A DNA stretch of 36,621 bases from Nitrososphaerota archaeon (GTDB lineage Archaea; Thermoproteota; Nitrososphaeria_A; Caldarchaeales; Calditenuaceae): positions 1-36,621 of the forward strand of contig JAWBQR010000011.1 of NCBI GenBank assembly GCA_038845265.1, given 5' to 3'. The notes below the pieces were generated by a model that saw nothing but the letters and a program-made list of their open reading frames with translations, was not told the origin of the DNA and made no database searches. This document shows, piece after piece, positions 27,472-36,296 of this stretch (within the stretch, counting starts at the first letter, position 1; each line of letters opens with the position of its first letter). The position numbers and the translations under genes were made by a program.

Positions 27472-28259
27472 GGCGAGGCAGCTCTTCGAGATGGTCTTAG
27501 CCATGGAGGAACGTCTACTAAGTTTATTATCCTTGCATAAAAATACTTCATATCTGTTATGTAATTGGTGAAACTAATATCCTCTTTGCCGTTGGCTGTT
27601 ATATATCTTAAGAATCCACCTGGCGGTTCCTCCTCTTCCTTGACATAGATAAACACTGGAAGCGCATTGGCCTCGTAGTAATCATAGAATGGCGCAAGCA
27701 CGCCTAAAATGTAGCCATCCATGTGTTTGAATTTCCATATAGGAGGCGCGCCGACGCTGTCCGTCATTATCAATAGAAGCCTGACCAGCGCGGTAATGTC
27801 CTTGGCCCTCGTCAATATTGGCCTAACTATCTTTCCACTCTTCTTTCTTCTTAATGCTTCCTCAAGGAATCGTGGTGGAGTAGCTGCCTCTACGATCGCT
27901 CCATAGAGATATTTAGGGTCGTCGTTAGAGTTTGTCAGGAAGGACTCCTCGGTGCCTATGTTGGTGTATGCAACGTATGCTGATGCCCCCTCATTACGGG
28001 GCAAACGTACGTAGGAGAATATTGGGAGATTACCGCGCCAATATGGTATTGAAAAGAGACTTCCGAGAATCCAAGACTCCCTGTGTTTAAACATCCAGAA
28101 TAATGTTTGAGTATCAGGTCTAGTCAGTGTGAGTCGCGCCAAGTTGGTTAGGTCAGCCACTTCTAATGGTACTGGAGGCTTCAGACGCTTAATATCCATC
28201 AATATACTAGCCATCTCCCTCTCTATATGAGTGTTATACTGTTGCTTAGCCAGAGTCAT
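27465..28259 (-). CDS. Conserved archaeal hypothetical protein with an internal tandem domain duplication
   Basis: Two alignable ~120-aa halves (see findings). Confidence 0.75.
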   Translation of the reverse strand: MTLAKQQYNTHIEREMASILMDIKRLKPPVPLEVADLTNLARLTLTRPDTQTLFWMFKHRESWILGSLFSIPYWRGNLPIFSYVRLPRNEGASAYVAYTNIGTEESFLTNSNDDPKYLYGAIVEAATPPRFLEEALRRKKSGKIVRPILTRAKDITALVRLLLIMTDSVGAPPIWKFKHMDGYILGVLAPFYDYYEANALPVFIYVKEEEEPPGGFLRYITANGKEDISFTNYITDMKYFYARIINLVDVPPWLRPSRRAASPH

Positions 28260-28447
28260 AGTGAATTTGCAGAGCCATATTAATCATTTATAGTGACAAG
28301 TCCTCCACTTGAAATGACAATTTCTACATATTCTTTACAGCTATCTAGTATCTAGAGTAGATAGTCTCTAACACGATTCGCGAGCTATAAGTGAAGAAGA
28401 GATAGGTTTATGGATATGCTAATATCATGAATGATGGGTAAACACCG

Positions 28448-29008
28448 TTGCACAAGGCACGTAGGGCTGTATTTATTGGAAGATTCCAGCCTTTTCACTT
28501 AGGACACCTAGAAGCAGTAAAACAGATCCTCCAAGAATGCAATGAGTTAATAATCGCTGTGGGAAGCGCTCAGTACAGCTACACGCTGGAAAACCCCTTC
28601 ACTGCAGGTGAAAGGATAGAGATGATCAGAATCGGGCTTGAAGCAGCGGGGCTCGATCTGAGGAGAATAATGATTATTCCAGTCCCAGATATAGGTGAAC
28701 ACTCGATCTGGGTCGCGAGGCTCAAATCTATGCTGCCAAAGTTTGATGTAGCATACACGAATAATCAGTTCGTAAAACTATTGTTAGAAGATCAAAATGT
28801 GCCAGTAATAGAGCCAAAACTAATCAACAGAGAAGAACTAAACGCGACGAGTATACGCGCATTAATGATTAGGAATGAAGACTGGAAAAGATTTCTCCAA
28901 CCTGAAGTTGCAAGCTATATAGAAAGCATCAGAGGGGATGATAGAATCAGGAAGATTGTTTCAAGTGAGCAGAGACAACTGATGAAGTCGTCAGCACAGG
29001 TAGAATGA
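28448..29008 (+). CDS. nadM: Nicotinamide/nicotinate mononucleotide adenylyltransferase (archaeal NadM)
   Basis: FIGRFQPFHLGH, GSAQ-x5-ENPFTAGERIEMI, ATSIR. Confidence 0.96.
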   Translation: MHKARRAVFIGRFQPFHLGHLEAVKQILQECNELIIAVGSAQYSYTLENPFTAGERIEMIRIGLEAAGLDLRRIMIIPVPDIGEHSIWVARLKSMLPKFDVAYTNNQFVKLLLEDQNVPVIEPKLINREELNATSIRALMIRNEDWKRFLQPEVASYIESIRGDDRIRKIVSSEQRQLMKSSAQVE

Positions 29009-29421
29009 TGCGTGAAGCTATGAAAGATGTGCTCGAAATTAAGCTAGAAGGCATGAATAAATTATCTAACAGTTTTGCATATCTCCTCTCAGAAAAACTA
29101 ATAGACTATAATGCATTTGCCTTCATTAAGAGGGATGTTATCGCTCTCGACCTATCTAATGCATCGGATTATCTGACACTAGACAAAATCGTTGAAATAA
29201 TTCATGAATGTATGAACAATTTAGAACTTAAGAATAATTATGTGATTACCATCGAGGGTAACAAGCTAGTAGTCAAGATTACGAATCCATCAATGATTCA
29301 GGAGGTTGAGAGAAAATACTCAGGCCAGCCCCAACAATTATTCATGTGTCCACACTGTGGATACGTGACTACTTATCCCGAGCTCCTCAGAGAGCACATA
29401 AAGATACATTATTTAATATGA
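29005..29421 (+). CDS. C2H2 zinc-finger protein with an uncharacterised N-terminal alpha/beta domain
   Basis: FMCPHCGY-x5-LL-x2-H-x3-H at the C-terminus; ATGA overlap with nadM. Confidence 0.85.
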   Translation: MMREAMKDVLEIKLEGMNKLSNSFAYLLSEKLIDYNAFAFIKRDVIALDLSNASDYLTLDKIVEIIHECMNNLELKNNYVITIEGNKLVVKITNPSMIQEVERKYSGQPQQLFMCPHCGYVTTYPELLREHIKIHYLI

Positions 29422-29438
29422 ATTATTTCACGACAGGA

Positions 29439-30515
29439 TTATATCTCCCACTCTACCGGTATGAACCTATTCTTAGTAAATGATCTAGGCGGTGACCCTA
29501 TTATTGCTATCTTATATCCGCAGTTCGGACACCTATTATCCTTTACGAGCCTCCATTCAAGGATGTCGAATCCATACCTCCTGACAACGATCTGTCCGCA
29601 TCCAGGGCAGTATGTACTCTCGTATGGATGGCCAGGGACATTTCCCAGATAAACATAGTTCAATCCTTCTTCACGTGCAATCCTCCAATGCGCCTCAAGC
29701 GTCTCTACAGAGGTCCATGGAAGATGCATCAGCTTATAATCTGGATGAAATCTTAAAAAGTGTATCGGTATATCCGGACCTAGATTATCATGGATCCACC
29801 TAACCAGTTTTCTCGCAGCCGCTAAATCGTCACCGATCTTAGGAACGACTAGGTCCGTGATCTCGATGTGTATCTTTGTCTTATCACGCATCTCTAAGAG
29901 TGTCTGAAAGACCGGCTCTACGTCTGGTATGCCTATGTATTTCCTCACAAAGCTTGTCTCGCCGTTACCTTTAAAGTCAACTGTTGCGGCGTCGAGGAAT
30001 TCAGAAGCAAGCTTGACAGATTCTGGAGTCCAGTAACCATTAGTGACGAATATGTTGAAGAGTCCATGTCTATGGGCCTCGACTCCTACGTCATGTGCAA
30101 ACTCCATGAAGATTGCAGGCTCATTGTAAGTATACGCTATGCCCTCAGAGCCATACTCGAGAGTCTTCTCCACTACCTGCTCCGGCGTTACTTCGATGCC
30201 TTCCACTCGGCGACGCTGACTGATATCGAAGTTTTGGCAGTATTGGCAAAGCCAGTTACAACCATTAGTAGCAATGCTGAATACTCTTGTTCCCGGCATA
30301 TAATGGACTACTGGTTTTTTCTCGATTGGGTCTACGTGGCTCGCTATTATTCTCCCATAGACATATAGGTACAGCTTACCGTCAATTACTCCTCTTACAC
30401 CGCAGAGCCCAGTCTGTCCCTCCCTCAATTGACAATACCTAGCGCATGCTGTACACTTTGTTCTATCAGAACTGATCTGCTCGGAGAGAACAGCCACCCT
30501 CCCTATTGGGCTCAT
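29439..30515 (-). CDS. amrS: AmmeMemoRadiSam system radical SAM enzyme
   Basis: CTACARYC, DPIEKKP, GCNWLCQYCQN, IAYTYNEP, HFLRFHPDYK, YVYLGNV, TYCPGCG. Confidence 0.95.
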   Translation of the reverse strand: MSPIGRVAVLSEQISSDRTKCTACARYCQLREGQTGLCGVRGVIDGKLYLYVYGRIIASHVDPIEKKPVVHYMPGTRVFSIATNGCNWLCQYCQNFDISQRRRVEGIEVTPEQVVEKTLEYGSEGIAYTYNEPAIFMEFAHDVGVEAHRHGLFNIFVTNGYWTPESVKLASEFLDAATVDFKGNGETSFVRKYIGIPDVEPVFQTLLEMRDKTKIHIEITDLVVPKIGDDLAAARKLVRWIHDNLGPDIPIHFLRFHPDYKLMHLPWTSVETLEAHWRIAREEGLNYVYLGNVPGHPYESTYCPGCGQIVVRRYGFDILEWRLVKDNRCPNCGYKIAIIGSPPRSFTKNRFIPVEWEI

Positions 30516-30586
30516 TCATTATAATATTGATTGATAGATCTTTTAAGGCTTTTGGACTTATCCATACGCGAAGACATTAAGGCATA

Positions 30587-31627
30587 TCAGGCTCTACTCG
30601 TAATTCCAGGCCACTCATCGATGCGCTGAGTTGACCTAACAATATGCATGCCGCTTTTCTCAAATTTTCTAAACATCGTCTCGGCGAATTCAGTATAGTC
30701 GACTGCGTCTTTAACCACTACCGGCGATGTACAGTCTTCTAAAAGATAGATTTTGTTGAGCAGTGATGGCTCGATGTCCATGAAGTTTTTCTGAAGGTCC
30801 TCGACGGTCCATGCAACGCAGTGGCTCTTCGCCTGGCCCGCAATTATTATGGCGTCGAAGCCTGCCAAATAGTTTATCAACTCCACGTCGAGGGCTCCGA
30901 TGAGCTCGCCGTCCGGCCCACTTCTCACCTCTGGGCTGAGCGCTGAGTAGTGCTCTGTTAATGGATTGTTTCCCTTGATTCTCATGATGGGTTGGCATGA
31001 CCTAGCAATGCTGTGGAAGAAGACTGCCTCCTCGACTGATGGTACGAGGGCATGCCCAACGCCTCCAAGCAATGTGTGGTAGGGCCATACTGTGAGCCTG
31101 AACTTACTGCCCCTTTCTAGCGTCTCGACGTAGTGGAGAAGATACCTATCGGCATATTCTCGTGAAATCCTGAGGGTCCTGCATGCCTCTGGGCTTATCC
31201 TCCACCTACCAGCCCTCACGTCCTCAGTCGTTATCAATGTGTACGGCTCCGGATGACGACCATTTTCATCGACCAGGAATACGGAATGAAATATCTGAAA
31301 TACCTGATGAGTATCAAGCGTAAGCACAATCTGAGAAATATTTGTAAGATTTCTATAGATAAATCTACAGAGTCGCTTATTGTCATCGACAGCTCCTCGC
31401 CCAGTTCTGCCAGCGACAAAGAGCTCAAAGCTTGGAATACAGAAGGAATTCTGCAAATCTATCAATAATAGACAGGTTCTAAACTCATCACTAGACGATG
31501 GAGATATCTCATGTTTTTTAGCCCACTCCTCAGCTTCTGCCGCCCTCTTCTGGTAGGGCACGTTCCAGATCTTGCTAACCAAATCCTCATCAAAGTGTGG
31601 CGGTACTGGAAGCTCCCTAAACATCAT
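30587..31627 (-). CDS. Isochorismatase-superfamily cysteine hydrolase, long form; probable nicotinamidase
   Basis: LLLIDLQNSFC, TLDTH, WPYH, IKG, AGQAKSHCV (D-K-C triad); divergent from pncB. Confidence 0.8.
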   Translation of the reverse strand: MMFRELPVPPHFDEDLVSKIWNVPYQKRAAEAEEWAKKHEISPSSSDEFRTCLLLIDLQNSFCIPSFELFVAGRTGRGAVDDNKRLCRFIYRNLTNISQIVLTLDTHQVFQIFHSVFLVDENGRHPEPYTLITTEDVRAGRWRISPEACRTLRISREYADRYLLHYVETLERGSKFRLTVWPYHTLLGGVGHALVPSVEEAVFFHSIARSCQPIMRIKGNNPLTEHYSALSPEVRSGPDGELIGALDVELINYLAGFDAIIIAGQAKSHCVAWTVEDLQKNFMDIEPSLLNKIYLLEDCTSPVVVKDAVDYTEFAETMFRKFEKSGMHIVRSTQRIDEWPGITSRA

Positions 31628-31688
31628 CCAAAACCCTAATCAGGGTTCTCGGATATATATTCTTGAAGTCTCGTGAATATTCTGCGTA

Positions 31689-31700
31689 GTGATTAATCAC
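31689..31700. promoter_or_regulatory. 12-bp perfect palindrome GTGATTAATCAC, candidate operator
   Basis: Lies in the divergent spacer between the nicotinamidase-like gene and pncB. Confidence 0.35.
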
Positions 31701-31731
31701 GGCCTAAAAGAAGACTTTTTTATTAGCATTA

Positions 31732-32967
31732 GTGTTTATGAAATCAAAAATGAATGCCAAGAAGTGTTCAAGATTTCACATCGCAGGTGAGGAGTCAATA
31801 CTGAGGGGCGAGGTAACCGATGTCTATTTCCAGAGGGCCAGGGAAATCCTGACAAGAATGGGCGCAGCAGACAGAGTAGTCACGGCAGACGTGCATTCAT
31901 ATGGCTTTCCAGAAGGATATGATTGGGCAGTACTCACAGGAATAGAGGAGGTGGCCAAGCTTTTGGAGGGCAGGAAAGTTGATGTTTACTCAATGAACGA
32001 GGGCGAGCTCTTCAGGGTGTACGAACCAGTAATGGAGATCACAGGGCCATACATCGAATTCGGAGTATATGAATCAGCAATGCTCGGAATACTTAGGCAC
32101 GGAACAAGCGTGTCCACGAAGGCTGCGAGAATAAAGCTCCACTCGCTTGATAAACAAGTTATCTTTTTTGGGATAAGATGCGTACACCCAGCAATCACTC
32201 CATTCATTGATAGGGCAGCATTCATAGGTGGATGTGACGGGGTATCAGGAGTCATGGGCGCAGCGATGCTTGGTGAAAAACCCATAGGGACAATGCCGCA
32301 TGCATTAATCATAGTGGCAGGAGACCAGAAACTTGCCTGGAAGGCCTTCGACCTAGTAATGCCGAGTGATGTGCCTCGAATAGCGCTATGCGACACTTTC
32401 CTAGACGAGAGAGAAGAATCGTTAATGGCGGCAGAAATTCTCGGCGAGCGTCTTCAAGGTGTGAGACTTGACACTCCGGGATCAAGGAGGGGAAATATGA
32501 AACAGATAGCACAGGAAGTTAGATGGGTCCTAAACCTGAGGGGTCATAGACACGTCAAGATACTGATAAGTGGGGGAATTGATGAAGATGAGATTAAAGA
32601 GCTCCACGACGTCGCTGATGGCTTCGGCGTGGGGACGTCAATAGCTTTTCCCAAATCGGTGGACCTTGCACTAGACATAGTTGAGGTTAATGATAAGCCA
32701 ATCTCTAAGAGGGGAAAGCTACCCGGCGCAAAGCAAGTCTATAGATGCCCAAACCTGCATGATACTATTACGCCGAGAAGCAAAACTTTAGAGAGATGTC
32801 CAAGATGTGGCGGACCGGTAAAGCCACTTCTTCAGCAAATCATCAGGCAGGGAGAAATAATAATAGACATTCCAAGCCCGAGAGAGATAAGAAATAGAGT
32901 CGTTGAATATCTCGAAAAAATAAAGAAGCTAGGAGTATTTGAGCCCCTGCCTATTCTTCTTTCCTAA
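31732..32967 (+). CDS. pncB: Nicotinate phosphoribosyltransferase (start may be ATG 31738 or 31750)
   Basis: TDVYF, FG-x-R-x2-HP, GTMPHA, VRLDTP, SGG, FGVGT, ISKRGK. Confidence 0.95.
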   Translation: MFMKSKMNAKKCSRFHIAGEESILRGEVTDVYFQRAREILTRMGAADRVVTADVHSYGFPEGYDWAVLTGIEEVAKLLEGRKVDVYSMNEGELFRVYEPVMEITGPYIEFGVYESAMLGILRHGTSVSTKAARIKLHSLDKQVIFFGIRCVHPAITPFIDRAAFIGGCDGVSGVMGAAMLGEKPIGTMPHALIIVAGDQKLAWKAFDLVMPSDVPRIALCDTFLDEREESLMAAEILGERLQGVRLDTPGSRRGNMKQIAQEVRWVLNLRGHRHVKILISGGIDEDEIKELHDVADGFGVGTSIAFPKSVDLALDIVEVNDKPISKRGKLPGAKQVYRCPNLHDTITPRSKTLERCPRCGGPVKPLLQQIIRQGEIIIDIPSPREIRNRVVEYLEKIKKLGVFEPLPILLS

Positions 32968-34381
32968 AGCTGCTAGGAATAATTAGACCGCCCCTCGACA
33001 TTTTCTCGACGTCAAAAATCTTCTCTGCAGTTCCACGGTCAAGATATCCCGTATCTACCAATAATTCCTTTATTGTAATTCCTTCCCTCTGGGCCCTAGC
33101 TAGTATTTCTGCTGCTTTATCATATCCTATCAGTGGAGCAGCGACAGTTATAAGAGCGGTGCTTCTCTCTGCATAGTGCCTACACTTATCAATATTCGCC
33201 CTGATACCCCTCAATGCCTTTTCAGAAAGAACGTCTAACGCATTTGACAACACTTCGATTGACTGTAGCAACAAATATGCAATGAGGGGGTTGCCAAGAT
33301 TTAATTCAAGCTCGCCGACCCTCGACGCCTCAACTATTGCTGTGTCATTACCAATGACTAGGCAGGACGCCAGCATAGCCGCTTCGATTATGACCGGATT
33401 TACTTTACCGGGCATTATAGAGGACCCTGGCTGAACAGGCGGTATTTCAATTTCATTGAGCCCAGTATTCGGGCCCGAGGACAGCAACCTGAGATCATTG
33501 CAGATCTTGAGTAGATTTAAGGCAACTGTTCGAAGAGATGCGCTCACCTCCAATACAGCACCTTGACTCCCCATCGCTTCAAATCTATTATTGGTAATTT
33601 TGAACTGCAGTCCAATCTTCTCGGATAAATATTCAGCAACTTTTTTACCGAACTCTGGATGCGTGTTTAGGCCTGTCCCAGTAGCAGTTCCACCGATGGG
33701 GAGCTCTAGCAGCCCCTCGGAAGCCCTAACAATACTAGAAAGACCTTTCCTCATCATCTCGGCGTACCCACTGAATTCTTGTCCAAGCGTCACTGGGACA
33801 GCATCGCGAAGATGTGTCCTACCACTCTTAACAACGCCCCTGAATTCTTCAGACTTTAATTCAAGTGCCCTTATCATTTTTTCGAGGCTAGGTATAAGTT
33901 TTTTGTTTATTTCTTCTGCTGCTGCCACTCTAATGGCAGTAGGAACGACGTCATTTGAGGACTGTCCCATATTTACGTGATCATTCGGATGAATAAGGGA
34001 TTTATCGCCCTTTTCTCCGCCTAGCATTTCAGCTGCCCTGTTAGCAATGACCTCATTCATATTCATGTTGATTGAGGTTCCTGATCCTGTCTGAATGACA
34101 TCTATTGGAAAATGCTCATCCATTCTGCCCTCTACCACTTCTATGGCAGCAAAATAGATTGCTTCTCCTCTCTTTTTATCCAATAGGCCTAAACTCATGT
34201 TTGCAAGTGAGGCACATGCCTTTACCATTGCAAGAGCCCTTATGAATGCATGCGGAAATCGAAGCCCAGAGATCCTAAAATTCTCAAGCGCCCTGACGGT
34301 CTCAGCTCCGTAATACGCATCTTTAGGCACAAGTACTTCACCCAAGAAATCCTTCTCAACTCTAAATCTCTCGGCGTTCAT
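32951..34381 (-). CDS. fumC: Class II fumarate hydratase
   Basis: QTGSGTS-x-NMN, HPNDHVN-x2-QSSND, GRTHLRDA, GSSIMPGKVNP; TGSGT favours fumarase over aspartase. Confidence 0.88.
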   Translation of the reverse strand: MNAERFRVEKDFLGEVLVPKDAYYGAETVRALENFRISGLRFPHAFIRALAMVKACASLANMSLGLLDKKRGEAIYFAAIEVVEGRMDEHFPIDVIQTGSGTSINMNMNEVIANRAAEMLGGEKGDKSLIHPNDHVNMGQSSNDVVPTAIRVAAAEEINKKLIPSLEKMIRALELKSEEFRGVVKSGRTHLRDAVPVTLGQEFSGYAEMMRKGLSSIVRASEGLLELPIGGTATGTGLNTHPEFGKKVAEYLSEKIGLQFKITNNRFEAMGSQGAVLEVSASLRTVALNLLKICNDLRLLSSGPNTGLNEIEIPPVQPGSSIMPGKVNPVIIEAAMLASCLVIGNDTAIVEASRVGELELNLGNPLIAYLLLQSIEVLSNALDVLSEKALRGIRANIDKCRHYAERSTALITVAAPLIGYDKAAEILARAQREGITIKELLVDTGYLDRGTAEKIFDVEKMSRGGLIIPSSFRKEE

Positions 34382-34421
34382 CTCGTTAAATAGCCGAGTA
34401 CGGTAAGATTAATATGAAACT

Positions 34422-34721
34422 CTACGGGCGAGTTACTCTAATTATGCTTCCCAGCCCAAGCCCGGGAGGCCACTCGCCTGAACCAATTTTTTCAAACTCG
34501 ACGATTATCGCTTCTTCAGACACCTCAACTATCTTTCCAACCCAGACCACCCCATTAAAGTCCTCATACCTCGCATTAAGTCCCTTCAGGACGCTGAGCC
34601 GTAGAGAGCCAAGCGACGATGTAGGAGAAGCTATGATCCGATTATCCTCGTCAAAACCCACAACTATAAAATCGATCTCTTCCCCAACATCCCCGTCTGT
34701 CATATTCTTTTCTAAATTCAA
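34422..34721 (-). CDS. Acidic small beta-barrel protein resembling ribosomal protein eL33 (L35Ae)
   Basis: S-x-L-x-G...G-x4-GKIV-x-V...A-x4-FEK...PG-x2-LG pattern; fills the gap in a run of co-oriented genes. Confidence 0.6.
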   Translation of the reverse strand: MNLEKNMTDGDVGEEIDFIVVGFDEDNRIIASPTSSLGSLRLSVLKGLNARYEDFNGVVWVGKIVEVSEEAIIVEFEKIGSGEWPPGLGLGSIIRVTRP

Positions 34722-34781
34722 TCAACTTATCAGAATTTAAATCTTTGATAAATTTGCACCTCGTAAAAATTCATAGGAGGC

Positions 34782-35960
34782 CTATGTGATGAGGTCCTTT
34801 AGCCTACCTATCTTCACTGCTTCTCGTATCTCCATCGCTATTCTCCTGCCAACGCTCATTGTCTCGCCCCAGAGATATTCGGAGTATGGAGTAAACTTTG
34901 TTCCCGGAGAGCCTGGAACCCTTACACTAACGTCATAAACAACTATCTCTTCATGAGGCGGGCCTGGAACAATCATTGACTGTAAAGCGAAGGGCCCAAT
35001 AACTCCTGGAGGATACTCATCCATACATACCTTCAGGAATTTCTCAGCAAGTTCAAACGCCCTCTCGAGTAATGACTCCCTGACGGTGCACGAGATATGT
35101 CCCACCTCGATGTTTCTTTGCTCAATATATCTCAGCGCCTCTTCCTGGACTGGTGCTGGGATCCTCATCAGTCCCTCCAGATTCGTCTGTCTTCTCGTAT
35201 CTATCCCGAGTAATTCCAGCTCATCATCAAGAGGCGAATAGAAGAAATTAAAGTTAAATGGAGATCCTATAATGAATTCCTCAATGACTGCCTTTTCGAG
35301 ACTCTCTTTATTTATTAATCCTCTCCTTACCATCTCATCCGTCTTTCGATAATATTCATCTACTGAAGAGGCAATAAAGAACGCCCTCTCAAACCCCCTT
35401 GATGCTTCAGGAGCCTTGACCATTACCAATCCATCAATATCTGAAGGCTCTTTAATAATTCTCGGGTGAGGAATATCTGCCTTCTCAAGTAAGTAGTACT
35501 GATTCTTCTCAACGTCGCGCTCCTCAATTCGTAAAAGATGCCTGTTGCCAAAAAGCGGCACCCTCAAATCATTCTCCAACGACTCGTAACCAAGATAGAC
35601 GCAGAGAGACCTATGAGGAATAATGATGCTATTCTTGGATCTGAGCTTCTCCTGAACTTCATCACGGACCATATCTCTAAATCTCTCGAGTAAAACTACC
35701 TCATCAACACAGCCAACATATCTCCCAAATCTCCTCCTGGAAATATAGTATCCCACATATGTCTTTTCTCTCCCCTTTTGGCAAATGACAAGCGTTCTAA
35801 ACCCCTCATCCTTTGCCCCCCTACAGATCTCAAGAGCCGAGTGGCTTCCAAGTACAGCAATACATAACTCATCTGGCGAATATTCATCCAACGCCCGAAT
35901 CATATCTCCTCTACTAATCATTTCTACAAAACCAACCACCAAAAGGACCTTATAAAGCAT
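34782..35960 (-). CDS. purP: PurP-family FAICAR synthetase (ATP-grasp); start probably ATG 35921
   Basis: LGSHSALEI-x2-GAKDEGF, PLFGNR, ERAFF, RRQTN, RESLLE, GPFALQ, RVPGSPG, GRRIAME. Confidence 0.92.
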   Translation of the reverse strand: MLYKVLLVVGFVEMISRGDMIRALDEYSPDELCIAVLGSHSALEICRGAKDEGFRTLVICQKGREKTYVGYYISRRRFGRYVGCVDEVVLLERFRDMVRDEVQEKLRSKNSIIIPHRSLCVYLGYESLENDLRVPLFGNRHLLRIEERDVEKNQYYLLEKADIPHPRIIKEPSDIDGLVMVKAPEASRGFERAFFIASSVDEYYRKTDEMVRRGLINKESLEKAVIEEFIIGSPFNFNFFYSPLDDELELLGIDTRRQTNLEGLMRIPAPVQEEALRYIEQRNIEVGHISCTVRESLLERAFELAEKFLKVCMDEYPPGVIGPFALQSMIVPGPPHEEIVVYDVSVRVPGSPGTKFTPYSEYLWGETMSVGRRIAMEIREAVKIGRLKDLIT

Positions 35961-35978
35961 TAAACTAAATCAAAATAA

Positions 35979-36290
35979 CTACTTCGTGAAATCTGTCCAC
36001 TCACGCATGAGTTTATCATACCAATCATCGCTCTCCTCAATGGTCTCAAAGTTTCCAGTCTTTATCGCGAGATTAACCGCCTCAATATGATAGCAATAAG
36101 GCTTTGAGCCATGAATAACCCTAAAGAAATAATCATCACAACTACAGTAAGGAACATTAATCAGAACAATATAGTCTCTATGCCTACCAACAACAATCCA
36201 TCTAACCCTACCACTCGGCCTAAACACATATTTCTTTACATGCTTCCCCATCACAATCTCTTCTACTCCACGCGTCTCTCTAATCCTCAA
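35979..36290 (-). CDS. SWIM zinc-finger protein
   Basis: W-x-VVG-x3-DY, YCSCDDYFF...CYHI (CxC-xn-CxH). Confidence 0.9.
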   Translation of the reverse strand: MRIRETRGVEEIVMGKHVKKYVFRPSGRVRWIVVGRHRDYIVLINVPYCSCDDYFFRVIHGSKPYCYHIEAVNLAIKTGNFETIEESDDWYDKLMREWTDFTK

Positions 36291-36296
36291 TACAAA

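Noticed and set aside
32951-34381. Aspartate ammonia-lyase call
   Set aside because: The TGSGT motif favours class II fumarase over the GGAGT of aspartases
34414-34740. 108-aa + strand ORF
   Set aside because: Ser/Pro/Thr-rich antisense shadow; the minus-strand ORF is co-oriented with its neighbours and more protein-like
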